From assembly GCA_963745025.1 (NCBI GenBank), contig CAVUWD010000013.1:384001-448000 (forward strand): a stretch of 64,000 nucleotides of DNA, given 5' to 3'. A model generated the notes under the pieces. It saw only the letters and a program-made list of their open reading frames with translations, had not been told where the DNA came from and searched no databases. The DNA comes from an uncultured delta proteobacterium (lineage in GTDB: Bacteria > Desulfobacterota > Binatia > JACPRU01). Positions 1 through 13,287 of the stretch are shown piece by piece. Every line of letters starts with the position of its first letter. Position 1 is the first letter of the stretch. A program made the position numbers and the translations under genes.

Positions 1-4
1 GGCG

Positions 5-760
5 GTGGCCGCACTGACGAAGCGGATCGAGATCGGCTTTCTCGTGCTCTGCAACAGCTACCGGCCGCCGGCGCTGCTCGCAAAGATGGCCACCACGTTC
101 GACGCCGTCTCTAACGGCCGTTTGATCGTGGGTTACGGCGCCGGCTGGTTCGCCCAGGAGTACGAAGCCTACGGTTACGAGTATCCGCAGATCCGCACTC
201 GCCTCGAGCAGCTCGAGGAGGGGCTCGAGATCTTGAAGCGCATGTGGACGGAGGACGCGCCGACGTTCCACGGCGTGCACTACCACGTCGAAAACGCGCG
301 CTGCTGGCCGAAGCCGGTTCGCAAGCCGCACCCGCCGATCCTGGTCGGCGGCGGTGGCGAGAAGATCCTCCTGAAGCTCGTCGCTCGCTATGCGGACATC
401 TGGAACAACCTCGGCGCGTTCCACGCCGACGTCGGCCGGAAGCTCGCCGTCCTGCGGTTGCACTGCGAGAAGATCGGGCGGAGCTTCGAAGACATCGAGG
501 TCTCGCAGCAGACCATCGGAGCGATCGGGCTCGACAAGGAAGAGGCGCGCCGGCGCACCGACGCGGTTCACCAGGAAGTCGGCTTCCTGACCGGCGCGCC
601 GGCGCTTTGCCCGACCGGAACGCCGGGCGAGATCATCGAGCGCTTGCGTAAGAGCGTCGCCATGGGCGTGACGACCTTCATCATCAGCTTCGGCCGCCAC
701 GTCACGGCGGAGAGCGTTCGGCTGTTCGGCAAAGAAGTCCTGCCGGCGCTCCGCTCTTGA
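5..760 (+). CDS. LLM-class (luciferase-like, probably F420-dependent) oxidoreductase, 5' end truncated by window
   Basis: Motifs RPPALLAKMATTFD.VSNGRL.VG.GAGW, EY.AYG, PPILVGGGGEK..L.LVARYAD.WN. Confidence 0.85.
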   Translation: MAALTKRIEIGFLVLCNSYRPPALLAKMATTFDAVSNGRLIVGYGAGWFAQEYEAYGYEYPQIRTRLEQLEEGLEILKRMWTEDAPTFHGVHYHVENARCWPKPVRKPHPPILVGGGGEKILLKLVARYADIWNNLGAFHADVGRKLAVLRLHCEKIGRSFEDIEVSQQTIGAIGLDKEEARRRTDAVHQEVGFLTGAPALCPTGTPGEIIERLRKSVAMGVTTFIISFGRHVTAESVRLFGKEVLPALRS

Positions 761-1419
761 GTCGGACCGTGCGAGCGAGATGCGTGTGGCTCGCGTTCGC
801 GGCCGTCGTCGTTGCGGGGTGCCGACATTCGCCCTCCCCGGAAGTGCCGCGACCGATCGAGCGGCCGGAGCGGTTCACCTGCTGCAACCTCCCGTACAGC
901 TCCGAAACGATCAGCGACGCGAACTACTGGACGGGAACGAAGCTGCCCGCGGGCACCCCCGTGCGGATCGAGCGGCTGACCAACGATTCGGTGACGTTCT
1001 CGGCGGGCGAGGTCACGCTCACGCTCACCCACGAGTACGGTACGAAGCAGGAATCCTTCCAGCAGTATCTCGACAAGGTGCTCGTTGCCGACGACCCGCG
1101 ACCGCGGATCGCCGTCTATCCCCGCGCCGTGCGCCGCGCGATCGGCAACGCCAAAGTCGAGCGGGGAATGACGCGTGAGCAGGTGCTGCTGTCGCTCGGC
1201 TATCCGCCCACCCACCGCACGCCGTCCCTACAGGATCGCGAGTGGACGTACTGGTGGAACCGCTCCCTCACCTACACGGTCGTTTTCGACAACGCGGGCA
1301 AGATCGCCGACGTCATCGGGCGGCCCGCCCCGACCGCCGAGGTGCCGATCGCGAATGCCGATCGACCGCCTCCCAAACCCGATTCAACCAAGGCCTCGAA
1401 GAAGCACAAGGGGCAGTAG
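757..1419 (+). CDS. Lipoprotein with SmpA/OmlA (BamE-like) C-terminal domain
   Basis: Lipobox VVAGC; GMTREQVLLSLGYP...WTY motif. Confidence 0.65.
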   Translation: MSRTVRARCVWLAFAAVVVAGCRHSPSPEVPRPIERPERFTCCNLPYSSETISDANYWTGTKLPAGTPVRIERLTNDSVTFSAGEVTLTLTHEYGTKQESFQQYLDKVLVADDPRPRIAVYPRAVRRAIGNAKVERGMTREQVLLSLGYPPTHRTPSLQDREWTYWWNRSLTYTVVFDNAGKIADVIGRPAPTAEVPIANADRPPPKPDSTKASKKHKGQ

Positions 1420-1646
1420 CCGGCGAGCAGCGGCCAGGACCCTTTTCCGAGTCGTGGGCCATTTTCGGATCTGCACGAATGGTGGCTTCGATTGCCCAAA
1501 TGACCCACTCCCCTCTTTCGGGTGCCGTCCTAAGCGGACAGCACCCTCTTTCGGGCAATCTTGACTTGGTCGCCGACATTGAGGAAGGAATGCTCGGTTA
1601 TTTTCACGAGACAACGCGGAAAGAGATTCCAAGGAGGATCGCAATC

Positions 1647-2579
1647 ATGGCTCTACTCGATGGCAGGGTCGCGCTGGTCACCGGTGGCGGGCGCGGAATC
1701 GGTCGCGAAGAGGCGCTGCTTCTCGCCAAGCACGGCGCGGCGGTCGTCGTAAACGACCTGGGCGGCGGCTTCGACGGCAGCGGCAACGACGTCGGTCCCG
1801 CGCAGGAGGTCGTGAACGAGATCAAGAAGGCGGGTGGCAAGGCGGTCGCCAACGGGGACAGCGTCTCGGACTTCAAGGGCGCCAAGCGCATGATGGATTG
1901 CGCGGTCGACAACTTCGGTTCGATCGACATCGTCGTCAACAACGCGGGAATCCTCCGCGACCGGATGATCTTCAACATGTCGGAAGACGATTGGGATGCG
2001 GTGATCGCAGTGCACCTGAAGGGCACGTTCGCGGTCACGCGTCATGTCGCCGAGTACTGGCGGAACAAGAACAAGCAGAGCAGTCAGCCGGTGAACGGCC
2101 GCGTCATCAACACCTCCTCCGACTCGGGACTGCTCGGCAACCCGAGCCAGTCGAACTATGGCGCGGCGAAGGCGGCGATCGCGGCATTCTCGGTGATCGT
2201 CGACCATGAGCTCAAGAAGTACGGCGTCACCGTCAACGCGATCGCGCCGGTCGCGCGCACCCGGCTCACGGTCGATGCGACGCCGGCGACCGCGGCGATC
2301 ATGGGCCAGAAGCCCCGAGAAGGCGAGTTCGACATCTTCCATCCTGCCAACGTCGCGCCCCTGGTGGTTTGGCTGGCGACCGACGATGCCAAGGACGTGC
2401 ACGGAATGGTGTTCCGCGTCGGCGGCCGGTCGGTGTGGGTCATGCAGGGCTGGCATTCCGCGGCGCAGGTCAAAGCCAGCGGAAGGTGGGATCCGGCGGC
2501 GCTCGGCAAGGCTCTCAAGCCCGAGCTCGGCAAGGTCAAGAAAGAGACCACGAACGACATCTATGCGGGAGGGCTGTAA
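1647..2579 (+). CDS. Short-chain dehydrogenase/reductase (hydroxyacyl-CoA dehydrogenase-like)
   Basis: AAGGAGG RBS before ATG 1647; TGGGRGIG, NNAGILRD, YGAAK. Confidence 0.9.
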   Translation: MALLDGRVALVTGGGRGIGREEALLLAKHGAAVVVNDLGGGFDGSGNDVGPAQEVVNEIKKAGGKAVANGDSVSDFKGAKRMMDCAVDNFGSIDIVVNNAGILRDRMIFNMSEDDWDAVIAVHLKGTFAVTRHVAEYWRNKNKQSSQPVNGRVINTSSDSGLLGNPSQSNYGAAKAAIAAFSVIVDHELKKYGVTVNAIAPVARTRLTVDATPATAAIMGQKPREGEFDIFHPANVAPLVVWLATDDAKDVHGMVFRVGGRSVWVMQGWHSAAQVKASGRWDPAALGKALKPELGKVKKETTNDIYAGGL

Positions 2580-2587
2580 GGAGAAGA

Positions 2588-2661
2588 GGCTACCGGGCAC
2601 CGGCTACCGGCAAAGACGCCTGGATTCTCTTGCGGTAGCCGGCAGCCGGCTACCGGCAGCC
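2588..2661. repeat. Heptamer-armed palindromic repeat, copy 1
   Basis: GGCTACC-type tandem units, core GCAAAGACGCCTGGATTCTCTTGC, GGTAGCC-type units. Confidence 0.85.
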
Positions 2662-2666
2662 TATTT

Positions 2667-3170
2667 ATGAACGTCCTCTTCGTCTGCCACGCCAATACCA
2701 GCCGCTCGATCATGGCGGAGACGCTGCTGCGGCAAATGTTGCAAGAGCGCGGACTTGCCCATTCCATCAAGGTCCACTCCGCCGGCGTCGCACCGTTCGC
2801 CCGCGACGGCGCCCTCGTCTCGCTCGATACGCGCTTCGCGCTGCGTGACCACGGGATCGAGCTCGCCGAGGGGAAAACTTCGACCGCCCTCAAGCGCAAT
2901 CTCCATCTCCTGGAGACGGCTGACCTCGTGCTCGCCATGACGGCCGAGCAAAGGTCGATCGTGGAGCGCTATCCCCAAGCGGCGGGAAAACTGATTCACA
3001 CGTTGCGAGAGTTCGCCGGCGACGGCGGCGACGTCGCCGATCCGGCGAGCCGCGACGAGAGCTTCTTCCGCGAGACTTGCGCGCTGATCAAGCAGGCGCT
3101 GGAGCGTTCGCTCCCTCGCCTGCTTGCGGCTACCGGCTACCGACTACCGACTACCGCAGCGAAACCGTGA
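2667..3170 (+). CDS. Low-molecular-weight protein tyrosine/arginine phosphatase
   Basis: P-loop FVCHANTSRS.MAE, SAG, DLVLAMT, DVADP. Confidence 0.85.
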   Translation: MNVLFVCHANTSRSIMAETLLRQMLQERGLAHSIKVHSAGVAPFARDGALVSLDTRFALRDHGIELAEGKTSTALKRNLHLLETADLVLAMTAEQRSIVERYPQAAGKLIHTLREFAGDGGDVADPASRDESFFRETCALIKQALERSLPRLLAATGYRLPTTAAKP

Positions 3171-3202
3171 AGTCTTTGCCGGCAGCCGGCAGCCGGTAGC
3201 CG
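3127..3202. repeat. Heptamer-armed palindromic repeat, copy 2 (overlaps the 3' end of the phosphatase gene)
   Basis: GGCTACC GGCTACC GACTACC GACTACC ... GGCAGCC GGCAGCC GGTAGCC. Confidence 0.85.
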
Positions 3203-3260
3203 TCTTTCCCTCCGGTCTGTCGACTCTCTCTTCAGGCGCTGGTACACGCTTCTGTTCAGC

Positions 3261-6200
3261 GTGGTCGAAGGACGGAGCATCGCCGATATCGTCTGTGCCC
3301 TCGCCGACACGGGAGTCGCTCCCCCCCGGCGGACGCGGCTCTTCGGCCTGCGCGGCGGAGCGCGCGCGTACCTCGTGGCGCGGTTCCTGACGGCGCGGCC
3401 GAGCCCATCCGTGGTGGTCGCTCCGTCACTGCGAGACGCCGAGGGATGGGTACGGGCGCTCCGCTTCTTCCTCGGCGACGATGAAGGCGCGTCGCCGCTC
3501 GAGCGGCGCGTCCATTGGATGCCTCCTTGGGATGCCGAGCCGCTGTCGAGCGCATCGCCGACCGAAGAGATCGTCGCCGAGCGTCTGTCGACGCTCTATC
3601 AGCTGAATCAGGCCAAGGCGCCGATCGCCGTGACGACGGCCGAAGCGCTGCTGCAGCGGGTTCCACCGCGAGAAATGCTTCTCGAGCTCTCGCAGTACTG
3701 GGTCGAGGGCGAAGAAGCCGGATTCGAAGTTGTCGCCGAGCGTCTCGCGCGCGCCGGTTATCAGCGAATGCCGCAAGTCGAGGACCGGGGCGAGTTCGCG
3801 GTGCGGGGCGGCATCATCGACGTTTTCCCGGCCGTGGTGGCCTTGCCGCTCCGCCTGCAGTTCGACGGGGACGTGCTCGAGGCGATCCGTACGTTCGATC
3901 CCGCCACGCAGTGCTCGCTCGGCCGCGTTCCGGAGGTGCTGATCACGCCCTGGCGTGAGTATCCGCTCGAGCGTTGGCGCGACCCGGCGGTGCGTCGCAC
4001 GGTGGAGGCTCGGGCGCAGGACCTCGATGTCGCCCGCCCCGAACGGCTCGCCGCGCTCGATCGCATGGAGGTCGGCCTGGCGTTTCCCGGCAGTCCGTTC
4101 TTGCTGCCGTTCCTCCATCCGGCGCTCGACACGTTCGCCGACTACTGTCCCGCGGGCGCGCTCTTTTGGATCGATCAACCGGTTGCGGTCGAAGCCGGCG
4201 AGGAGGCATTCGCGCGGAGTCTCGCCGAGCACGCAGCGCTGGCCGCCGCAGCCCACCGCCTCGTGCCGCGCGTCGAGGAGCTCTATCTCGAGCCTTCCGT
4301 CGCGAGGTCACATCGCGAGTCGTTCGCCCGGGTAGAGCTCGACTCCATCGATTTGCTCGCGGGCGAAGACGCGCGGCAGGGGGTTCTTCGGGTGAAGAGC
4401 TTCACGACGGGCGATCTCGGCGTCGTGACGAAGGCGAGCGGGCGTGAGACGTCGATCCGCCCACTCGTCGACCGCATCCAGGGATGGGAGCACGACGGCG
4501 AGCGCGTCGTGCTCGTCGTTCACGACCGCGCCCAGGCCAATCGCCTGAAAGGACTCTGCGCGGTTCACGAGCTCGAGATGCCGATTCTCGATCGCAAGTT
4601 TCCCGAACTCCCCGCGGAGATCCGCCGGGCGATCCTGATCGGCGAGCTGGGAAGCGGCTTCCGTCTACCGATCGATCGATTGGTGATCGTCTCCGAGGAA
4701 GAGATCTTCGGCGAACGTCGCCACCGGCGGGGTCGCGTGGTCGACGTCGGCAAGTTCCTGGCCGGCCTCGCGGAGCTCAAGCCCGACGATTACATCGTGC
4801 ACATCGATCACGGCATCGGCCGATACAAGGGCCTGCGGCACTTGACGGTCGCAGCTACCGAGGGGGACTACCTGCACCTGGAATACCAGGGTGGAGACCG
4901 ACTCTACGTGCCGGTCGATCGCATCAACGTGGTCGAGAAGTACGTCGGCGCCGACGGCTCGGCACCGGAACTCGACAAGCTCGGCGGCACGTCGTGGGAA
5001 AAGGTCAAGGCGAAGACCCGTGAGGCGGTGTTTGCGATGGCCCACGAGCTGCTCGACATCTACGCCGCGCGCGAGGTCATGGAGGGGCACTCCTTCGCTC
5101 CGCCCGATGACTATTTTCGCGAATTCGAGGCGCGGTTTCCGTTCGAGGAGACTCCCGACCAGGAACGGGCCATCGTCGACGTGCTCGCGGACCTGCAGAA
5201 GTCCCGTCCGATGGACCGCCTGGTGTGCGGCGACGTCGGCTTCGGCAAGACCGAGGTCGCGCTGCGCGCTGCCTTCGCCGTCGTCATGGAAGGCAAGCAG
5301 GTGCTCGTGCTGGTGCCGACCACGGTGCTCGCGCAGCAGCACTTCGAGAGCTTCCACAAGCGGTTTGCCGGCTTTCCGGTGCGCATCGAGCTGTTGTCGC
5401 GCTTTCGCCGAGGGGAGCGGGCGAGAGAAGTGCTGCGCGCGATGCGGCGGGGCGAGGTCGACATCGTGATCGGCACGCATCGCCTATTGCAGAAAGACGT
5501 CGAGCTCGACGACCTCGGGCTGCTCGTCATCGACGAAGAGCACCGGTTCGGCGTGACGCACAAGGAGAAGATCAAGAAGCTCCGCAAGCTCGTCGACGTG
5601 CTCACGCTGACGGCGACGCCCATCCCGCGCACGCTGCACATGGCGCTGTCCGGCATCCGCGATCTGTCGATCATCGAGAGCCCGCCGGTCGACCGGCAGG
5701 CGATCCGCACGTACGTGACCCGCTATGACGAGGGGCTGATTCGCGAGGCATCGCTCCGCGAACTCGCTCGCGGCGGTCAGGTTTTCTTCGTGCACAATCG
5801 AGTCGAGACCATCGACAAGGCCGCCGCGCGCCTGCGCGACCTCATTCCCGAGGCGCGCTTCGGCGTCGCCCACGGACAGATGCCCGGGACGCCGCTCGAA
5901 AAGGTCATGCTCGATTTTCTCGAGAAGCGGATCGATGTGTTGGTCACGACGGCGATCATCGAGTCCGGCCTCGACATCCCGAATGCGAACACGATCTTCA
6001 TCGACCGCGCCGATCACTTCGGCCTGGCGCAGCTCTACCAGCTGCGCGGCCGCGTCGGGCGCTCGCACCAGCGCGCGTATGCGTATCTCCTGCTACCCGG
6101 AGAGACGCTGATCGGCCGCGACGCGCAGAAGCGGCTCGAGGTGCTCGCCTCGCTCGACGACCTGGGCGGCGGTTTTCGACTGGCCGTCCACGACCTCGAG

Positions 6201-6830
6201 ATCCGCGGCGCCGGGAACTTGCTCGGCAAGCAGCAGTCGGGTCAGGTCGCCGCCGTCGGCTTCGAGCTCTACACGCAGATGCTCGAGGACGCGATCCGCG
6301 AGCTCCGCGGCGAGCGGCGGCGGGTCGAGGTCGAGCCCGAAATCCAGCTCGGCATCTCGGCGTTCATTCCCGAAGACTACGTGGCCGACGTGAGCCAGCG
6401 CCTCGCGGTTTACAAGCGCATGGCGCGCGCGGAGAGCCGGGAGGAACTCGACGAGCTCCGGGGCGAGCTCGAGGACCGATTCGGGCCCGTGCCGGCACGC
6501 GTCGTCGCGCTGATCGCGGTCATGGACCTGCGCCGGCACTTGAAGCGAGCGATGGTCGTGCGCCTGCGTCGTCAGGCGACGAGGCTCGTGCTTCGCTTCC
6601 ACGAAGCGAGCGAAATCGATCCCGCTCGTCTGGTCGAGCTGGCCCGCTCCCGCCGCGACGTTCGAGTGATGCCCGACAACGAGGTGTCGATCCCCGTGCT
6701 GCACATCGATCTCGAGGGCATCACCCACGCCGTGCTCGCCCTACTGGGCGAGCTCGGCGTGGGACTAGAGGGCGCGATGGACAGGGACGAGAAAAACCGA
6801 CAAATGGCACCCCTGGAGGTCCGACAATGA
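3261..6830 (+). CDS. mfd: Transcription-repair coupling factor Mfd
   Basis: 1189 aa; UvrB-like N-terminus, CarD-like VH.DHGIG, CGDVGFGKTE, DEEHRFG, QLRGRVGRS, TRCF C-terminus. Confidence 0.97.
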   Translation: MVEGRSIADIVCALADTGVAPPRRTRLFGLRGGARAYLVARFLTARPSPSVVVAPSLRDAEGWVRALRFFLGDDEGASPLERRVHWMPPWDAEPLSSASPTEEIVAERLSTLYQLNQAKAPIAVTTAEALLQRVPPREMLLELSQYWVEGEEAGFEVVAERLARAGYQRMPQVEDRGEFAVRGGIIDVFPAVVALPLRLQFDGDVLEAIRTFDPATQCSLGRVPEVLITPWREYPLERWRDPAVRRTVEARAQDLDVARPERLAALDRMEVGLAFPGSPFLLPFLHPALDTFADYCPAGALFWIDQPVAVEAGEEAFARSLAEHAALAAAAHRLVPRVEELYLEPSVARSHRESFARVELDSIDLLAGEDARQGVLRVKSFTTGDLGVVTKASGRETSIRPLVDRIQGWEHDGERVVLVVHDRAQANRLKGLCAVHELEMPILDRKFPELPAEIRRAILIGELGSGFRLPIDRLVIVSEEEIFGERRHRRGRVVDVGKFLAGLAELKPDDYIVHIDHGIGRYKGLRHLTVAATEGDYLHLEYQGGDRLYVPVDRINVVEKYVGADGSAPELDKLGGTSWEKVKAKTREAVFAMAHELLDIYAAREVMEGHSFAPPDDYFREFEARFPFEETPDQERAIVDVLADLQKSRPMDRLVCGDVGFGKTEVALRAAFAVVMEGKQVLVLVPTTVLAQQHFESFHKRFAGFPVRIELLSRFRRGERAREVLRAMRRGEVDIVIGTHRLLQKDVELDDLGLLVIDEEHRFGVTHKEKIKKLRKLVDVLTLTATPIPRTLHMALSGIRDLSIIESPPVDRQAIRTYVTRYDEGLIREASLRELARGGQVFFVHNRVETIDKAAARLRDLIPEARFGVAHGQMPGTPLEKVMLDFLEKRIDVLVTTAIIESGLDIPNANTIFIDRADHFGLAQLYQLRGRVGRSHQRAYAYLLLPGETLIGRDAQKRLEVLASLDDLGGGFRLAVHDLEIRGAGNLLGKQQSGQVAAVGFELYTQMLEDAIRELRGERRRVEVEPEIQLGISAFIPEDYVADVSQRLAVYKRMARAESREELDELRGELEDRFGPVPARVVALIAVMDLRRHLKRAMVVRLRRQATRLVLRFHEASEIDPARLVELARSRRDVRVMPDNEVSIPVLHIDLEGITHAVLALLGELGVGLEGAMDRDEKNRQMAPLEVRQ

Positions 6831-7765
6831 AATCGACATGGATGCTCGTCGCGGCCGGATTGGTCCTCGCGGCGGCGCCGCTCCGCGCGGAGGTCGTGAA
6901 CCGCATCGTCGCCAGCGTCGACGGCGATCCGATCACGCTCTACGAACTGAATCAGTACGAGGAAAAGCAGCGGGCCTTGATGCCGAGCGTGCAGATCCCG
7001 AGCCAGAACGATGCGCTGCAGGCGCTGATCACAGAGAAGCTCCTGGCCAAAGAAATCGCGGCCAAGGGAATCCGCGTACGAGACGAGGACATCGACCGTT
7101 ACGTCGATCACATCAAGGAGTCGAACCATCTTACCGACGATCAGCTGAAGGAAGCGCTGAAGCAGCAGGGCGTGGACTACGCGAAATACCGCGATCAAAT
7201 TCGTCAGGAGATCGAGAAAGTACAGCTCCTGAACCGGGAGATCCGCGGCAAAGTGAACATCTCGCCCGAAGACGTCCAGCGCTATTACGAGGCGCACAAG
7301 AAGGACTACGAGCGCCCCGCCCGCGTGAAGGTTCGTCAGATCATGCTGCGCCTCGATCCCAACGCCCCCGATGAGATCGCACAAGCGGTCACGCAGCGGA
7401 TCGAGGGTCTGCGAGCGCAGATTCTCAAGGGAGAGGATTTCGCCAAGGTCGCCAAGCAATACTCCGAGGACCCCGCCGCCGCCGACGGCGGTGATCTCGG
7501 CGAGGTCGAGCCGTCGAAAATGTTGCCCGAATTCGAGACCGTGCTCACGAAGATGAAGGAAGGCGAGGTGAGCGAGCCGGTCCGCACCAATATGGGAGTG
7601 CATCTGCTGAAGCTCGAGAAGCGGATCGCGGTCGGCTACCAAGCGGAAAGCGAGCTTGCGGCCGAGATCAAGGAGAAGCTCTACAGCGAGGCGCTCGACG
7701 AGCGTTACAAGCGTTGGCTGCTCGAGGACATCCAGAAGCATCACTACATCGAGACCAAGCTTTGA
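6827..7765 (+). CDS. surA: SurA-like periplasmic chaperone/parvulin PPIase
   Basis: Signal peptide, VVNRIVASVDG, rotamase FAKVAKQYSED...GGDLG; located between mfd and pdxA. Confidence 0.85.
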   Translation: MKSTWMLVAAGLVLAAAPLRAEVVNRIVASVDGDPITLYELNQYEEKQRALMPSVQIPSQNDALQALITEKLLAKEIAAKGIRVRDEDIDRYVDHIKESNHLTDDQLKEALKQQGVDYAKYRDQIRQEIEKVQLLNREIRGKVNISPEDVQRYYEAHKKDYERPARVKVRQIMLRLDPNAPDEIAQAVTQRIEGLRAQILKGEDFAKVAKQYSEDPAAADGGDLGEVEPSKMLPEFETVLTKMKEGEVSEPVRTNMGVHLLKLEKRIAVGYQAESELAAEIKEKLYSEALDERYKRWLLEDIQKHHYIETKL

Positions 7766-7768
7766 GAA

Positions 7769-7849
7769 GGCTACCGACTACCGGCTTCCGGCAAAGACTC
7801 CGCGATGCCTTGCCGGTAGCCGGCAGTCGGTAGCCGGTAGCCGGTAACC
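7769..7849. repeat. Heptamer-armed palindromic repeat, copy 3
   Basis: Core GCAAAGACTCCGCGATGCCTTGC; right arm of five GGTAGCC-like units abutting the pdxA ATG. Confidence 0.85.
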
Positions 7850-8802
7850 ATGGCCGATAAGCCCACCATCGCGGTGACCATGGGCGATCCGGCCGGGATC
7901 GGGCCGGAAGTGGCGCTACGCGCCGCGGCGCGCCTGCGGCGTCATGCCCGCTTCGTATTCGTCGGCGATCGAGCCGTGCTCGAGGCGGCGGCGCACAGGC
8001 ATCGGGTCGGCGGCGAGATCGCGGTCGTCGAGGTGTCTTCGCTCTCCGGCGCAGAACGTCGCCCGGGAAAGCCTTCGCCGGGCGGAGCCGCGGCCGCATA
8101 CTCCGCCGTCCTCCGCGCCGTCGAGCTCGTGCAGCGCGGCGAAGCCGATGCGATCGTCACGGCCCCGGTGAGCAAGCACGCGATCCAGTCGCTCGGCATC
8201 GACTTTCCAGGCCACACGGAGGTGATCGCGCGACTCGCGGGGGATGCCGAGGTGCGCATGATGCTGGCCGGCGCAACTCTCCGGGTCGTGCTGGTGACGA
8301 CGCACATCCGGCTCCGCGACGTGCCGGGGGCCGTCACGACCGCAAGGGTCGTGCGCACTGCAGAGATCGCCGCCCGTTCCTTACGACGCCACTTCGGCTT
8401 CCGCCGCCCGCGTCTAGCGCTCGCCGGGCTGAATCCCCATGCCGGTGAAGGCGGCGCGTTCGGGGACGAGGAGATCCGCACCCTCGCTCCCGCCGTTCGG
8501 TACGCGCGCACACACGGGGTGGATCTCGACGGACCGTATCCGCCGGACACCGTCTTTTTTCGAGCTCGCGCCGGCGAGTTCGACGCGGTGATCTCGCTCT
8601 ACCACGACCAGGGTCTCATCCCGTTCAAGCTCGTCCACTTCAGCGATGGTGTGAACGTGACGCTCGGGTTGCCGTTCCCGCGCACCTCTCCCGACCACGG
8701 CACGGCGTACGACATCGCCGGGCGAGGGGTGGCGCACCCGTCCAGCATGGCGAGCGCGATTCGTCTCGCCGCCCAGATGTCGGCGCGCCGGGGCGGGGCC
8801 TG

Positions 8803-8803
<1 letters not shown>
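7850..8803 (+). CDS. pdxA: 4-hydroxythreonine-4-phosphate dehydrogenase PdxA
   Basis: [37 protein letters not shown]. Confidence 0.96.
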
Positions 8804-11622
<2,819 letters not shown>

Positions 11623-11676
11623 CGGCTTCCGGCTACCGGAAAAGTGTTCACTTGTATCTTACGGTAGCCGGTAGCC
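11623..11676. repeat. Heptamer-armed palindromic repeat, copy 4
   Basis: GGCTTCC GGCTACC - 24-nt core - GGTAGCC GGTAGCC. Confidence 0.8.
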
Positions 11677-11685
11677 TCGACCTCG

Positions 11686-11749
11686 TTGACAGCGTCCCTC
11701 GGGGGTCCTATACAGGACCAGAGTGGTCCGGTTAGTGCCGGACCACTCT
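11686..11749 (+). promoter_or_regulatory. Putative sigma70 promoter and Rrf2/IscR-like operator upstream of iscS
   Basis: TTGACA ... TATACA; GGAC-N7-GTCC; 12-bp inverted repeat AGAGTGGTCCGG-N6-CCGGACCACTCT (11720-11749). Confidence 0.5.
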
Positions 11750-11761
11750 ATTGGCTTGGCC

Positions 11762-12949
11762 ATGGCTAGACCGATCTATATGGACTATCACGCGACGACG
11801 CCCGTGGACCCGCGGGTTCTCGATGCTATGCTCCCGTTTTTCAAGGAGAATTTTGGGAACGCGGCGAGCCGGAACCACCCCTTTGGATGGCACGCTGAGG
11901 CGGCCGTCGAGGCGAGTCGGGAGCAGCTAGCCAAGCTCTTCGGGGCGCGCGCGAAGGAGATCGTGTTCACGGCCGGAGCCACCGAGTCGAACAACCTGGC
12001 GCTCAAAGGGGTACTCGAGTTTTACCGCGAGAAGGGAAACCACGTCGTCACCTGTGCGACCGAGCATCGCTCGGTGATCGACACGAGCCGCTCGCTCGAG
12101 CGGAAGGGTTTGGCGCGGATGACCGTGCTCCCCGTCGATCGCTACGGCCGGGTCGATCCCGATGCCGTCGATCGGGCGATCACCGCCGACACCGTGCTCG
12201 TCTCGATCATGGTCGCCAACAACGAGGTCGGCACGATCCACCCGATCGCAGAGATCGGCAAGATCACCCGGCGGCGCGGCGTGCTCTTCCACACCGACGC
12301 CACCCAGGCCGTCGGCAAGGTTTCGGTGGACGTCGAGCAGATGGGGATCGATCTCCTGTCACTGTCTGCGCACAAGATCTGCGGGCCGAAGGGTGTCGGC
12401 GCGCTGTACGTTCGCTCCAAGGATCCGCGCGTGCGACTCGCACCGCTGATCGAGGGCGGAGGACAAGAGCGCGGTCTGCGCTCGGGAACGCTGAACGTGC
12501 CGGGGATCGTCGGCTTCGGCAGGGCGTGCGAGGTCGCCGGCGAGGTGATGGCCGACGAGGCGCACCGGCTCACCGCTTTGCGTGACAGGCTCGAGCAGAT
12601 GCTCACGAGCGAGCTCGATCGCGTGACGCTGAACGGCCATCCCCGCGAGCGTCTGCCCGGCAATCTCAACTTGAGCTTCGCCTTCGTCGAGGCCGAGTCG
12701 CTGCTCATGGCGCTGAACCGCGAGGTCGCTCTGTCCACCGGCTCGGCCTGCAGTTCTGCCACGCTCGAGCCCTCCTACGTTCTGAAGGCGCTCGGCCAAG
12801 GAGACGAGATCGCGCATAGCTCGATCCGCTTCGGGCTCGGTCGGTTCACGACCGAGAGCGAGATCGACACGGTCGCGGAACGAGTGATCGCCGAGGTGCG
12901 CCGCCTGCGCGCGATGTCGGCGCAATACGCGATGGCGAAAGCCGGCTAG
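11762..12949 (+). CDS. iscS: Cysteine desulfurase IscS
   Basis: [25 protein letters not shown] (PLP Lys), STGSAC (catalytic Cys). Confidence 0.95.
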   Translation: MARPIYMDYHATTPVDPRVLDAMLPFFKENFGNAASRNHPFGWHAEAAVEASREQLAKLFGARAKEIVFTAGATESNNLALKGVLEFYREKGNHVVTCATEHRSVIDTSRSLERKGLARMTVLPVDRYGRVDPDAVDRAITADTVLVSIMVANNEVGTIHPIAEIGKITRRRGVLFHTDATQAVGKVSVDVEQMGIDLLSLSAHKICGPKGVGALYVRSKDPRVRLAPLIEGGGQERGLRSGTLNVPGIVGFGRACEVAGEVMADEAHRLTALRDRLEQMLTSELDRVTLNGHPRERLPGNLNLSFAFVEAESLLMALNREVALSTGSACSSATLEPSYVLKALGQGDEIAHSSIRFGLGRFTTESEIDTVAERVIAEVRRLRAMSAQYAMAKAG

Positions 12950-12972
12950 CTCTTCGGAGTTTGAAAAGAACG

Positions 12973-13287
12973 ATGATTACGATCTCGGAAAATGCGGCCC
13001 GCAAGATCAAGGTGTTGATCGGCGAGCAAACTGGCAAGGTACTCCGCGTGAAGGTCGTCGGCGGCGGCTGCTCAGGGCTCCAGTACAAGCTCGACGTCGA
13101 TGAGGCGCGGCCGGGAGACCGCACGTTCGAGAGAGACGGGGTGTCGGTCGTCACCGACCGCAAGAGCTATCTCTATCTTCATGGGACCGAGCTCGACTAT
13201 TCGGAGGCCCTCATGGAGTCAGGCTTCAAGCTGAGCAACCCAAACGTCAAGAAAACCTGCGGCTGCGGTGCCTCGTTCACGGTTTGA
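12973..13287 (+). CDS. iscA: A-type Fe-S carrier (IscA/ErpA, HesB family)
   Basis: GGGCSGLQY and CGCGASF. Confidence 0.9.
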   Translation: MITISENAARKIKVLIGEQTGKVLRVKVVGGGCSGLQYKLDVDEARPGDRTFERDGVSVVTDRKSYLYLHGTELDYSEALMESGFKLSNPNVKKTCGCGASFTV

